Below are positions 25,301 through 37,800 of a stretch of DNA of 55,971 nt, piece after piece. Every line of letters begins with the position of its first letter. The first letter of the stretch is position 1. The position numbers and the translations under genes are program-made. The notes under the pieces are model-generated. The model saw only the letters and a program-made list of their open reading frames with translations. It did no database searches and was not told the DNA's origin. Source of the DNA: Hydrurus foetidus (taxonomy: Eukaryota); contig UYFQ01000143.1 of assembly GCA_900617105.1 (NCBI GenBank), positions 62,001 through 117,971 of the forward strand. Reading direction: 5' to 3'.

Positions 25301-27786
25301 AGGAATGATGGTGAAGAAAATAGCTGAATTGGGATTGAACAGTAAAAAGGGTGGGTATTTGTGAATGATTAGAACTCTCCACTCATCTACTCCTCTGTCC
25401 AGCCTCCTGTGCATGCCTGTGCATCATCATGTGTATTTAAGAGACCTTCTTCTGTCATTCTACTTTCCGATGTCCATCTATCATCCCGATCTCGTAATCC
25501 CACATCTCTCATCTTCTCCATCCTCCTGTTCCTATCCCTGTTCCTCTCCGCGTCTTTCCATTCCCTACCTCCCTCTCGGTCCCTATCTTCCCCTTCTCTT
25601 CCTCTCGTTCCCTTCTCTTCCCCCCTCCCTATCTTCCATCCCTTCTCCTTCTCTTGTCAGGTCCGGTGTATGTGCATCCAAGCAGCATCATGAGCGAGAG
25701 GAAGAGCACGAACAGTTCGTACATGGTCTATCTCGAAGCCATGAAGACCACCAAGGTTGAAACAGTCCGAGTAGATTTTGTTGAGGTCAAAACAAAACGG
25801 CGAATCTGTCAAATTTTCTTCACAGAAATTTTCTCGCCTCAAAAGGACCTTTTGGCTGTACACAAAAAAAATCCCCACACAGCCAAAAAGGTCCCTATAG
25901 GGCGTGAAAAATCTCCAGGAAAAGAAAAAATCTTCTGGAGAGAGAAAATTTCTGTCAAGTGAGAAAATCGTTCTGGAGAAAATCACGGATTGATTCGCCG
26001 TTTTGTTTTGACCTCAACAATAAACGCTCTATGTGCTATTGTCACATCTTCAAACGCACTCCGTGTAACCCACTTCTTCTTGCGGCTCTTGGTGACTGCG
26101 CTCTTCTACACATACTAGCGAGCTGTGTACACGTGTCATCAAATCAACGTGAATAGAGGATTGGCATTACATGCTCTGTCAAACATTTCACTGTATTCAT
26201 TATATTTTACTCTTCTGCACTCTTCACATTTCACTCTATTCTATCCATCGCATTCTTTCTAAGGTGTATGCACGTGACGTGACCTCTGTGTCTCCGGTTG
26301 CTCTCGCCCTCTTCGGAGGCAGACTCAAGATATACGAGAAACACGGAGTAGCCACTCTAGAAGGTGAGGGGGAGACAGAGAGGGAGAGAGAGAGAGAGAG
26401 AGGGGGAGATAGAGGGGAGATAGAGGGGGAGACGAGAGAGAGAGAGGGGAGAGGAGAGAGGGAGAGAGGGGGAGGGACAGTGACAGATAGGCAGAGACAG
26501 AAACAGAGAATGTGTGAGAAAGAGATGAACGTGGAGAGTCAAATAACAAAACTGAGGAGGAGGATGTAGAGGGAGAGGAGGGAAGATGGGCAGCGAAGGA
26601 CAGTGTAACGTAGGGCGAGGTGTGATAGAGTGGAGTAGGCTGAAGTAGAGTTATTTGAAGTGCAGTAGGATGTAGAACAGAGTGGAGTGTGTGGGCTTCA
26701 TATGACCATTCATTCTCGCTCCGCATTTTGAAATCTAGTGTGACTCTACTCTCTCTTCCACTCCTTCCCTTCTTCAGGATGGTTGGCCTTCAGGGTGAGT
26801 GTGGATCTGTCCAAGCTGCTGATGTCCATGAGGGCGTCTGTCGAAGAGGCATTCATAGAAAAGGTACGGGACTAATCTATCATAATCTGATACAGTACAG
26901 TACAGTGCAGTGCAGTACAGTGCAGTACAGTGCAACACAAGGAAATGCAACATAATGCAATGCAACAAAGTACTACACAGTGCAATACGTAGTACATCGT
27001 ACTAACTGCATGTAATGCCACATCACCCACGCCCTTCACCATGAAATGCACTTCCTTTACTTATCAACACTGCACTGTATTTCTCTACACTTGTAGGTGC
27101 TGTCTCCCCAGGGGGACAGCAGCGCTGAGTGGCGCAGAGCGGTGGACATGTTGGAAGCACTCGTTTTAGAAGGCCCTCCTAGCGACATGCAGTACGTGCC
27201 GCCCTCTACGGTCCAGGGTCCGCACACACTGGGCATCCGATCCCACCCCTCTCAGGAATCTCTGACCCAGGGTCCGGTACCTACCCCTTCAGGGACCCGT
27301 TCTGTGCATGTCCCTTCTAGCTCTAGTGCGGACAAAGATAGGGCAGCTGTGAGAGATCCCAATGATCTAAGTCCCAATCTGAATGTTCCTCCAATCCCTC
27401 CTCATCTCAACAGCAATAACAGTAAAGGGAACAATAATATTAATGGTAGCAATAAATCAAGCGGCAGTGCAGGTCTGGAGTCTGAGTCCAAGGTCCACCC
27501 TTTTCATTCCCAAAGGTCTGGTGAGGGTGTTTCCAATAACCGCAATAACAATAGTGATAACAATGACAATCGGGATCGAGATCAAGAGGGCAGGAGGAAC
27601 AGTCAGAAGCCAAAGAACTCCACTGATGATCTGAACATACTGTCCGACCAACAGGCGGATCGAAGCAACGGTAATGGCAATGGTCGAAATAGAAACCACC
27701 AAGAACGGTCCCATGGTAACGGAGATAGAGGAGGTGATGGTGGAGAAAGAGTAGGAGGGAGAGGACGAGGCCGAAGAAGTAACTAA
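12412..27786 (+). CDS. DHX57: DEAH-box RNA helicase, DHX57-like (UBA-like, RWD, helicase core, HA2, OB fold, N/RG-rich tail), ~29 exons
   Basis: Exons joined at GT/GC-AG junctions give [75 protein letters not shown] and VHPSS. RWD-like [10 protein letters not shown]...LYP. Exon 1 is 12412-13429; the last exon is 27097-27786. The subfamily call is less certain than the family call. Confidence 0.85.
14765..15156. repeat. Intronic 20-bp tandem repeat (GCAGTGCAGTATGGTGCATA), ~19 copies
   Basis: Visible periodicity; it produces the repetitive minus-strand ORFs. Confidence 0.9.
15739..16420. repeat. Intronic 75-bp minisatellite, ~9 near-identical copies
   Basis: Unit CATTGCAAATACAAATGTGATATCATGTTGTATAGCGAGATAATAAGTTACGCTCTACTGCAAAGTATTGTGTTA, within intron 15641-16547. 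Confidence 0.92.
22903..23114. repeat. Intronic (CAGT)n/(GAGT)n tract with a recurring AAAAAAGGTGT unit
   Basis: Visible directly in intron 22828-23384. Confidence 0.8.
25778..26020. mobile_element. MITE-like foldback element in a helicase intron
   Basis: 29-bp terminal inverted repeat TTGTTGAGGTCAAAACAAAACGGCGAATC / GATTCGCCGTTTTGTTTTGACCTCAACAA, plus internal inverted segments. No clear TSD. Confidence 0.75.
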
Positions 27787-28610
27787 ATTAAATCATATAA
27801 ATGATTCTTGGAGGATGATCTTCAATTTTTTATTTACAGATGAGGGTCAGATGTGGTGAGGTCCAGTGAATTAAGCTATATCCAACAGACCATCGGGAGA
27901 GGTGATGCAGAACATGACACAGAACATGAGACACGTCCTGTAGACCTCAGTCAATCTGACACACGATTGGCATGTAGGGGGCGGAATTAATCATGACAGA
28001 TGAAGCAGATGCGTGCATGCTGCTCGAGACAAGTGTATCGTCTGTCTGTCCCTCACTGCCGATGATGTAGGAAAGACATAGGAGAGAAAACGAGTGCGAG
28101 TAAGAGAGTTTGAGGGAGTGTGTATGCATGAAATAGAGCTGTACCAACTGATCTATCGCATCCCTCAGTTCTCATAGCTGAGTGGCTGATCGATAGAGAG
28201 CAGAGGAGCACGGTCTCATTAGGAGTCGTCGCTACCGTCTGCGTACTCAGCTGTGCTCACTCAAGACTGAATGTCACTCGTGACACGATGCTGCGAAGAT
28301 CACTTGGCAGGCTGCATGACGTAAAGTCCGTACGTTCATGAAGTGATCCGATTTGAGGGAGTGACGGTGAAACATCTACATGCTGATGCCTCGTAGTCAT
28401 ACGCACGACGAGGTCACTAGCGGTAAGACTAGTCCACCCCACACAAACTGCGATTCGTTGTGACGTCTGTCTACCACAAATGATAGTCCATGGAGAGAAG
28501 AGCACTTCGCCACGCGACAGGACAGAACTTACTACCCGTGAGGAAAACACGAGAATGTTCTCATGTACTTTGCAGCACGTAGCGACCAAAACTGATGGAT
28601 ATCTTCCTGT

Positions 28611-29477
28611 CTATGGGTCCGGTAATACGACACCGCGCCACGGCATGTGCATAGGGAGCAGACCCAGAGGCTCATCAGTAGCAGTCACTTTTAACTTATT
28701 GCCCTTCACACCCGCTCCAGTGAGACGATCAGCACGATAGAACTGGAGTGATGGAACGTCTTCAATCATGTCAGCTGCATCTAAGTCCTTAATGAGCACC
28801 TCTATTAGCACTGCGGAGATAGCGCTACTATTGATAAGTTCCCTCGGACCAGCAGACTCAGGTATAAATTCAAAATGACCTGCGGATAATTCAGAAAGAC
28901 CTCGTTCAGACACGAATAAGGACGAACCGGAATCTCGCAGCTGTTTGTTGACCCAAAATATGCAACTGTCTCTACGAGGACATCTGCCGCCTCTACAGAC
29001 GCAGTCTTCATCGCCAGCAAAGGCATCTTCGTGCTGGAAAGAATTTATCTGCATTACATCCTCATCTTCGACAAATTGCAGGATATCAAGTTGTCGCAAT
29101 GTCAGTGACCCAAACAAAACTTTCGATAGAACAACTCCAGGTCTTGAGTGTAGAGGGAAAGAAAATGATGGAGGTAGACTGATAATCGAGACCGAAAAGT
29201 TGTCGGAGTCCACAATTGATGACGTCCTAGAGACAGACGATCTACAGAGTTGAGACATGTATGCATCCGAACCAAGATCGCTTAATTGCAGCAATTGCAT
29301 GCAGTCAACGCTCGCAGCCAAATCTCGGTTCTTTAATGAAGCTGAAAGCTTTGATAGAGTGTTCACTGTCGTGGATGTAAGTGCCTGAGCAGTTGCAAAG
29401 CCATGCAAGGAAAGTATGATCGGAACGAAGTACAGCATGTGCATATAGAGAATAATAAACCAGTTGGATTGGCTCAT
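28611..29477 (-). CDS. PCO/ADO (thiol dioxygenase)-like cupin with an N-terminal signal peptide and degenerate metal ligands; intronless
   Basis: FSVSIISLPPSFSFPLHSRPG-VVLSKVLFGSL parallels the PCO/ADO motif FSxGIFxLPxxxxIPLHxHPGMxVxSKxLxG. Start is ATG 29477 or 29444. Confidence 0.7.
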   Translation of the reverse strand: MSQSNWFIILYMHMLYFVPIILSLHGFATAQALTSTTVNTLSKLSASLKNRDLAASVDCMQLLQLSDLGSDAYMSQLCRSSVSRTSSIVDSDNFSVSIISLPPSFSFPLHSRPGVVLSKVLFGSLTLRQLDILQFVEDEDVMQINSFQHEDAFAGDEDCVCRGGRCPRRDSCIFWVNKQLRDSGSSLFVSERGLSELSAGHFEFIPESAGPRELINSSAISAVLIEVLIKDLDAADMIEDVPSLQFYRADRLTGAGVKGNKLKVTATDEPLGLLPMHMPWRGVVLPDP

Positions 29478-29825
29478 AGTCTTGAAAATTGGATGGCGAC
29501 TTCGATGTTGACTGTGATTCAGAGGAAATTTGTTTGAAGTTGCCAATAGTCACGATACCCTACTCAATGCTCTGTCTGACTCTACGACTCTCCGACCTCC
29601 GACTCCGCTGCTTCGTTATGCTCTCTCGGCATGCCGCTGTAATCCGGATACTCACCAAATTCCGCGTAAGAAATTCGACACACAACAGTACCTCGAGGAT
29701 GATCAAGAATCAAGATACCTCCAAAATGTCCTTCATCTAGCGTTCAATCTGAATCAGCAGCGCTACCCGTTGAAGGCAGCGCCGTCCCTCGGCGACGAAC
29801 TGTGGCTGTTGATTTACTTTGATCA

Positions 29826-30663
29826 ATGTTCGCAAATCGTTTCATCATTCACGGTCTAAAGTTGAGGACATTTGTTCCTATTCGTACCTTCAGTGCGAAG
29901 GCAGCGCCAGGGACACCGTTCCATCTCGCGATTCCTGTCCACTCAATGAAAGAAGGTCAGGGATCAATATGACGAAAGTGTCAACTTTCGATCTTTATGT
30001 TCGAGACCAACTATCATCTAAAGAAACCCATCTTTGTCAAAATAATCTTAGCCCGACAGGTGATCTCATTGCTTTTCGTTTGAGAGAAAGACAACATCTG
30101 CAATATTTCTATTTTAGAGGGAACTAATTTTTTTAGTCCGAACTCCGATCACAGTTCTACGGAAACATTTTGGGTTTGCCAGAAGGTTCGTAAGGAATCC
30201 TCTAACTTTTTGTATTGCTTCCATAATTTATTTCGTTGAGTTCTTTCACTTATCATCAATTACATTTTGAATTCAAAGTCATTTTAAGACGCATTCCACT
30301 ATTAACGGAGTAGGTAGAAGATCAGAAGACAAATGGCAGGACTACTCTCTTAACGGGCATCAGATAGTGTGCCATTATGTCGGGGAGGATTACAGATGCA
30401 TTGATTACTTCAATCCTGTCGATGGGGATGAAGTGCCAGTCCCCCACTTCGGACTTGCGCTCACTGTGCCACAGTTCATGGAGCTGGCAGTGAAATTAAG
30501 ACAGAGTAATATAAATTTCATTGTGGAGCCGCACAAGCGATTTCAAGGTCAGCCAGGAGAGCAGTGGACGATGTTCTTCAAAGACTACTCCGGAAACAAT
30601 TTAGAATTTAAAGCGATGACAAATCCTGATAATTTATTCACTAAGTACAATGTAGTGGAGTAG
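29826..30663 (+). CDS. VOC/glyoxalase-bleomycin-resistance family protein with a probable mitochondrial presequence, 4 exons
   Basis: Exons 29826-29955, 30052-30059, 30155-30185 and 30314-30663 give PFHLAIPV...EARQFYGNILGLPEGRRS..WQDY..GHQIVCH..VPVPHFG..GEQWTMFFKDYSGNNLEFK. Confidence 0.85.
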
Positions 30664-31237
30664 CAATTTTATGCCTTGATTCATTTGTGTTAATTACGTC
30701 ACTTTTCGTCATGATAGACTTCAAGAAACTTCGTGACATTCCTTCTCGATCTCTGACAGAGTTATTGACAAAACCAATATCAAACAGTGACTTCGTACGC
30801 CATGCCAGCTCACTTAGACGATTTTGACAGAGTCATTTCTAGATGTAAAGAGCAGTTATATTGTCATAATCTAAATGATTTCCAAAAAATTAAAAACTTC
30901 AGGAATTTGATGAGAACAGAGGGTTTGTTTCTGATGCCTTCAGTTTGAATTTGAAAAAGTTCCGAAGTCCCTCCGGCACCTCATCATTGTAAGTCGATAA
31001 CTTTCAACAGCGCAAAATACATCCTCAACCTTTCCGAAGTGTGAGATTTTTGCAAAGAGCTGCGGATTACATAGAGTGGCCCATCGACGGCTTCCAGATG
31101 TGCTTGCTCTTGCTCTAGCAACTTTGGGCCAAGCTGGCAACTCAAACGGACTGTTCCCTTTACTGTGTTCTGCAAATTGCAAGAACTTCAGAGCGAAGAC
31201 TCAACTTTACCCACCTCAATCCGTAAATAATTGCTTG

Positions 31238-33620
31238 ATGAAATTGCTGAAGTCCCTACTTGTTTCGAATGTTCCGAAAGCAACAAATGGAAGAGGGATC
31301 AGTCATACAGTTGTTCTGGTACGCCATGGCGAATCTGTCTGGAACGTCGCACAGCGCTTCACTGGTTGGTGCGATGTACCCCTAACAGAACACGGCGAAG
31401 CCGACGCGCTCGATGCTGGAACTTTGATGCGTGAGAGAGGCATAAAGTTTGATGTTGCATTTACAAGCACTTTGGAGCGCGCATGGAAAACATGTGACAT
31501 CGCATTGGAGGCAGCAGGCCAAGCCGATTCTGTCGAGACGATACGATCGTGGAAGCTCAACGAGCGACATTATGGCGCACTGCAGGGCCACTCAAAGGAC
31601 TCACAGAAACTTCTTGATACTTTTGGCGAAGAGAAGATTCTCGAATGGCGGAGGTCTTACGACACTGCACCTCCATCCCTGTACGACAGAAAGTTCGCAA
31701 GGGATATGGGTATGGAGTCATTCGCAAGAAGGTCCACGACGCTCATGAATCCAAGATTTCTAGACACCCGTATGATGCACAGATCTGTAGCGAGTCTCAG
31801 CGATAGTGACCCCTACTCGGACATGATGGGAAGCGACTTCCCGTACCCATCTTCAGAGAGCCTGAAGGAATGTGAGGACCGAGCATACGGATTCTGGTTG
31901 GATGTGATTGCCCCACGTGTGAGGGTATGATGCGGGAGAAAATACTGTAATCTTCATGCACCTCACTGCTGAGTGTATTGACGGTTCCATCTTCTCCTCT
32001 TACATTCTGACTGTTGGATTGCTAATGCATCATGTGTCTCCATTATTATCAGGCTGGAGACCGAGTGCTGATTGTTTCTCATGCTAACACAATAAGAGCA
32101 CTGGTGAAAGCTGTCGATCAAGTGAGTGTCCCTGTCTCTATTGGATCCACTCCTCACTCTGTGATATTTTGTTTTGATTACACTCTCTCTCCTTTTTCCT
32201 CCTTTCTTTTCGTCAATTAAATTGCGTCCCATCACCTATCTTATTCCATCTCCTCACACTACACTACAATCTTCACTACCCTTTAGCGATCTCCCTAACC
32301 AAACGCCCCCCCCCCCCACCCACACACAACTCCCTCGCACTCCATCACACTCCCTCAGATCGATGACAGCATGATCGCTCACTTGAAGATTCCCAACGGC
32401 ATTCCTCTCGTCTACACCATGGACGAGAACTTGAACCCGATTCTAGACTACACGGATGACTTGGGATTTCAGGCGAATTATTTGGTGTCTGCGAGAAATC
32501 ATGGGAAGGTGGGTCGAGGTCTACCTGCTGAGTATGTGTTAGAACTAGAACTAGAACTAGAACACGAACTCGAATTAGTTAGCTGTCATCTTCGGTCACT
32601 GGTGATATCTTCTACTAACTGTAAATGAACCATGACGCGTCTCTCCCGATTTGACAAAGAAAAAAATTCGAACATCAAACCAGTCTACTGACGCATGATT
32701 TACACACGTACAAATAGATGATGGCATACGAACGATGCGTGCGCAAGAAGTTACGCAGTCTATTCGAATACCTCGACACGGATAAGGACGGCCGCATCAC
32801 CCCTTCATGTCTGCAGAGCGGTCTTATACGGTTGCAGAACTATTCCATGGGGGTGGGGTGCAGTGCAACGTCAGAGGTGCCGCAGATATGCGAGTATGAG
32901 ATAGAGGAACTGCTCAGGGCTGTCCCAAGGTGAGATCAGAGATACGTCATTATCTGTGTTCTGTGTTCTGTCTGATCACTTTGAGGATTGTGTCTGTTGA
33001 AGTGTCTGTTGAAGTGTCTGTTCATCCCAACGTACTGTAAAGAGACATCCTCTATTCTGTATGACTTGAAGTTCAAGTCATCTGATGAAATGCCTGTCCC
33101 ACTGATGCAGCTTGCATGTCTTCAAGTGCTCGTACTATTGCTGTTGCTGTGTAGTAGTGTGGCGCTGCTCATGCCATCTGATAATACAATATCCCCAGTA
33201 GGCAGCATTCGCTACTGAGTTCTGTTTTATTCCCTCCTCTACTCATCTCCTCTATTCTTGTTCGATAGCTGATTTGCCTAACTTTCACAACACTAAATCT
33301 TTCTTTCTCACCCCCTAATTCTTTTTACCACTTCCTTCCTACACTGGTCTTCTCCTCCTCCCATCTCCTCTTCTTTCTGCTCCTATTCTCTTCTGAAATC
33401 TAAAATCTAAAATCCTCTACTCATCTCTCCTTCTCTCATCACCTCATCTCCTTCCCTCCTCTAGTCTGATCTCCTCTTTTATTCGCTTTAATTTCTTCGT
33501 CTTATTTTCTCTTCTTTCCTCTGTAGCGCTGATGAGCACGGTGGAGTTACTCTGAAGGCGTTTTTGGACTCCGAGAGAACTCTGCTGCCCAAACTGTCGA
33601 AACTGCGGCTGCTGCAGTAG
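31238..33620 (+). CDS. PGAM: 2,3-BPG-dependent phosphoglycerate mutase with C-terminal EF-hand-like pair, 5 exons
   Basis: RHGES, FTGW, LNERHYGALQG, WRRSY, ESLK, SHANTIR and IPNGIPLVY. Exons 31238-31924, 32053-32121, 32359-32508, 32718-32929, 33527-33620. LFEYLDTDKDGRIT is an EF loop. Confidence 0.9.
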
Positions 33621-34826
33621 AGAGAGTAGGGCAGTATAATGTAGTGCTGCCATTTATGGGGATTAAATGTTGAATGTGTACGGACTACTGTGTGGTGTGG
33701 TCTCGTGTGATGCGGTCTGATGTGGTGTGGTATGGTATGGTATGGTGTGGTGTAGTATGGTGTGATAGAATAGTGTATTTTAATGTATGTGGTGAGCTGC
33801 AGTGTAGTGCACAACAGTGAATACGTCTGTGCATATATGTGTGCGTGTATTTATAGCAGAATATCTGCAAGCTGGGTGGACTCTGGATCCTGACATTCTA
33901 GATTCCATAACCTCTCTGGCTAGTGTCATTTTTGCATTTTTGTAATCTAACCAGTAGCTGTTGCGTATGCGCACTTGAGATTTTAGACTGGTATTGCGAC
34001 CAGATCAATAGGCATATTTGACATAATGGGACAAATGGTGTATCTGTGGATCACATCGTAGAATAGAGCGGACATAGAGACATACACACGCAGACTGGAA
34101 GACAGGCTGACAGTCATTCATGGCAGCGATCAGTAAATAGAACAGCTATCAGTAAAACAAAATGGTCGTGCACTCCCTCCTCATCTGGCAGCCCTCTCAG
34201 CATCTATCTGTGTATTCCAACAATCAACCCAAGTCACCCAAACACTTCATACATGGCTACGAACCGATGAAATTATGCACCAATTTGGATGGCAACGGTG
34301 AGCATATTCCGACACGCAAGAAACAGCTGTTTTCGATTCTTAGGAATGCGCATGCTTGAGACAAAGAGGGAGTACGAAAGAGTGCCTTCATGGTGCAACT
34401 GAGAGATGTGCACATGTGCAGTGTGTCGTTACTTACAAGATAGTAAGGAAAAGAGAGATCTGAACAAACATATCAAAATAAAATCAAGTAAGTACAGTGT
34501 AAGAAATGACAGACATAAGAGATGAAAAAAAAAAGAAGATGATAATAGTAAATGCGTGTGTAGTGGTGCATCAGATGATGATGCTACTCACCACAACGCA
34601 CTGTTCACTGAGCGCTGCAATGTGTCTATCTGTTCGTCTGATACGATGCGTTAACGCATAGCGCGGTGTTGTGCTGTGTAGACGGAAGGTCGTATAAGGA
34701 AAACACCTCCTTATCGCATCACGTCACATTGTTGCATCCGTCACATTGCTTGTCAGTCTGTTCGCCAGCCAGTCAGCTGGCGAGTCAGTACAGTGTGCAT
34801 CAGTCTAAGTCTCAATCATAGAATGT

Positions 34827-37800
34827 CTATCTGTTGAGTGATTCATTTGGTAGCCTGAAGAAGGCATCTATCAAGCCGTCAAAGTTGAAGTCTTCACTCT
34901 TAGTGGGTGTCAGCACAGTCCTCTGCAACTCCCCTATCCTCCTCCTCGCATCCACCCCCTGCAGGCGGTGCCAGTCAACGAACAGGTCTGTTATAATTCC
35001 GGATAGGTACTCCAGAGACCTGGCACGATTCTTGAATTCTTGTCTGTTCCGTCAGAGCAGTGGTTGATGAGAAGAGGAAGAAGAAGAAGAAGGGAGGGGG
35101 AGAAAGAGGGAGAGGAAGACGGAAGTGAGATGATATGAGGAGATTGTGTGCGAGCAAAGAAGGAGTTCTGAATCTGACTTCACAGATGAGGTGCAGTATA
35201 CACCGATTGATAGATCAGCGACACGAGTTTCAGACGCGGTGGTAACAGAGCTGTGATACAGATGCATGCATCGCATGGTCAGTCAGGATGTTCTGTTACG
35301 TTTAGACAGAGCAAGAACTCTTCATCTCTTGTGAATTACTTGTTCGAGTGTTAGGTCGCGTTGTATTGTATTGTATTGTATTGTATTGTATTGTATTGCA
35401 CTGTGCTGTATTGTATTGAACTGTACTGTGTTGTATTGTATTATGTTGTACCGTATTGTATTGTGTTGTAATGTATTGTGTTGTGCTGTATTGTACTGTA
35501 TTGCACTGTACTGTATTGTACTGTATTGTATTGCACTGTACTGCACTGTACTGTATCGTATTGTACTCTACTTTAATGTGTTGTATTGTATTGTATAATA
35601 TTGTGTTGTGTTGTGCTGTATCGTGAGGGACGGAGACAGTGCAGTAACGTCAAGATTGTCAATCTATCTATTTATCTGTCTGTCTGTCTGTCTATCAATC
35701 CCCTCACCTGGTGGTATCTTGGTTCTTCAGTATATCAGCGTATTCAGGGGAGAGCCAGGAGCTGTCTGGCTCTTGCATGGATATCTCCAAGATGCTGTCT
35801 ACCAGCTCCATCTTGCGAGCTAGAGACAGCTGGTGCTCCAGCTTTGTACGGATCTGGGGGGATATCGGTGATTGCGAAAGGTGGATATAAGTCGATGTTA
35901 TTAGCTCGTAGCAGTGACCGATTAAGTCACTCAATGACCCATTGACTACCTCACTCACTCACCCACTCATTGACTGACCCACCCACCCACCCATTTCCTC
36001 TCTCCCGCCCTCAACCACCCACTCCCACCAACTTCCTCTTTCACTCAACCATCCCCACCCTTCCTCACTCACTTGTAATTCACTGACGCACTAACTCCCT
36101 CACTCCCTCATACGCTGACATGCTCACTCACCAGTCCGATGAAGGAGGGGACGGACTCGCGGACAGCAGTTAGTTTCTCTTCCAGTTGGATCCTCCTGTA
36201 GTTAGCCAGTCTCGTGATGTTCTCTTTCGCGATGGCGATGGTTGAGGCGCACTCACTCTCGAAGATAATCTATTTGAAGAGAAGAGGTGAGGAGGGGAGG
36301 AGTGAGGGAGAAGAGATGATGAGGTGGTGAGATGGGATAAAATGGGATGGGGAGGAGTTGGGGGAGGGTGAGGAGGGGAAAGAGTGATGAGGAAGGAGAG
36401 GAAAGGTGAGGTTAGGGGACATGTCATGGTGGGGGTACAAACATCAAGGGGGATTCATGCAAGGACAAGTACGGTTCTGGTGTATGGTAGCAGTAGTACA
36501 GCACCCCCAAGCCGTGTGTTGCTGTGAAGAAGGATCACCCATATTTGAAACATAACAGAGGTAACATTGTCTAGTAAGTGGCACGTGTCTAGTAAGAGAC
36601 ACGACTTACTCGCATTATACACGTACCTCATTCTTCCTGTACTCCACTACAGTTGTTGCTCCGGTGAAAGCATTTCTGTAGAAACAGAGCTCTGAGACGA
36701 CTTCATCTGCTATGCGGGGAGCTACGTCAGGTAACATGGACTGCACCCACTCATGCAGAGTGGATAGACCAACAGTTCCTGTTGACAGGTGAAAAAGAAC
36801 AGGGAAGGGAAGGTAGGGGTATGAGGGAGATGAGTGAGTGGAGTAGATATGCAGGATGTACGAGGACAATATAAGAGAAGATGTGTCTGGTGGGATCACA
36901 TAGTGAGTGGGATTGAGAACAGTGCGTTAGTCAATTTAATCAATCAACATGTTCACGGTCACAGATGGTACTGTACTATCCTGTACCTGAGAACTTGATT
37001 TTGTTCCTGGGTCTTCTGAGCTCTTCGTCCGTCAACACGTGTACTTTGAAATGCAGAGACAGAGGACGCAGCGGGAACTTAACCAACTGACATTATATGA
37101 AATGTACATATGTGTAAGTACAGCAGGGTTTCAACAAGGGAGAGTGATAACATTGGGAGGAGTGATGCTGAAAGGTAGGAAGTTGCAGTGTCGTGAAGAC
37201 ATTGAGTGCAAAATAAGACGAGATAGAATAAATAAGATCAAAGATACGATACAAAAAATCCAGAGTCCCACTCCCACCGACATCATAGAACAGAGTAGGA
37301 GTAAACGTGTTCAAAACATCGCTGACGTAACAGTACAGAATAGGAGTAAACGTGTTCAAAACATCGCTGACACCTTCGCTACTTTGTCCGTGACGAGGTT
37401 AGCCACTACGGTTACAATGAGGTCTCCCAGCTCTCCCTCTGTGGACCGGAGGGTTATGCTGATGCGCCTCTCTTGATTCTGACACCTGTGAGGGTGTGTG
37501 TGTGTGTGTGTGTGTGTGCATGTGTATGCAGGACAGTGTGCCTCAGTGTGTTGTGGTGTGATAGTTTAGCTGTGCAAAGTAGTGCAGTGAGTCGTGTCAA
37601 CTTTGTTGCATACGATGCGTCACCATGGAAGCACGTACAAGTGTACGTATGTGAGTGCATTCGGGTGAAGTCACTTACAAATGAGTAGTAACAGGGGATT
37701 GAGTTCAGATGTGCAATTCAGTGACACATCTGACTGACGCACATCTATCTGTCCGTGGGATAGGATCGTACATAGTTGAGATGAATGCACACGATTGTTC

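Noticed and set aside
31076..31237. N-terminal extension of PGAM in the ORF track
   Set aside because: It starts at GTG; the first in-frame ATG is 31238.
33597..33620. SKL near the PGAM C-terminus as a peroxisomal PTS1
   Set aside because: SKL is followed by RLLQ, so it is not terminal.
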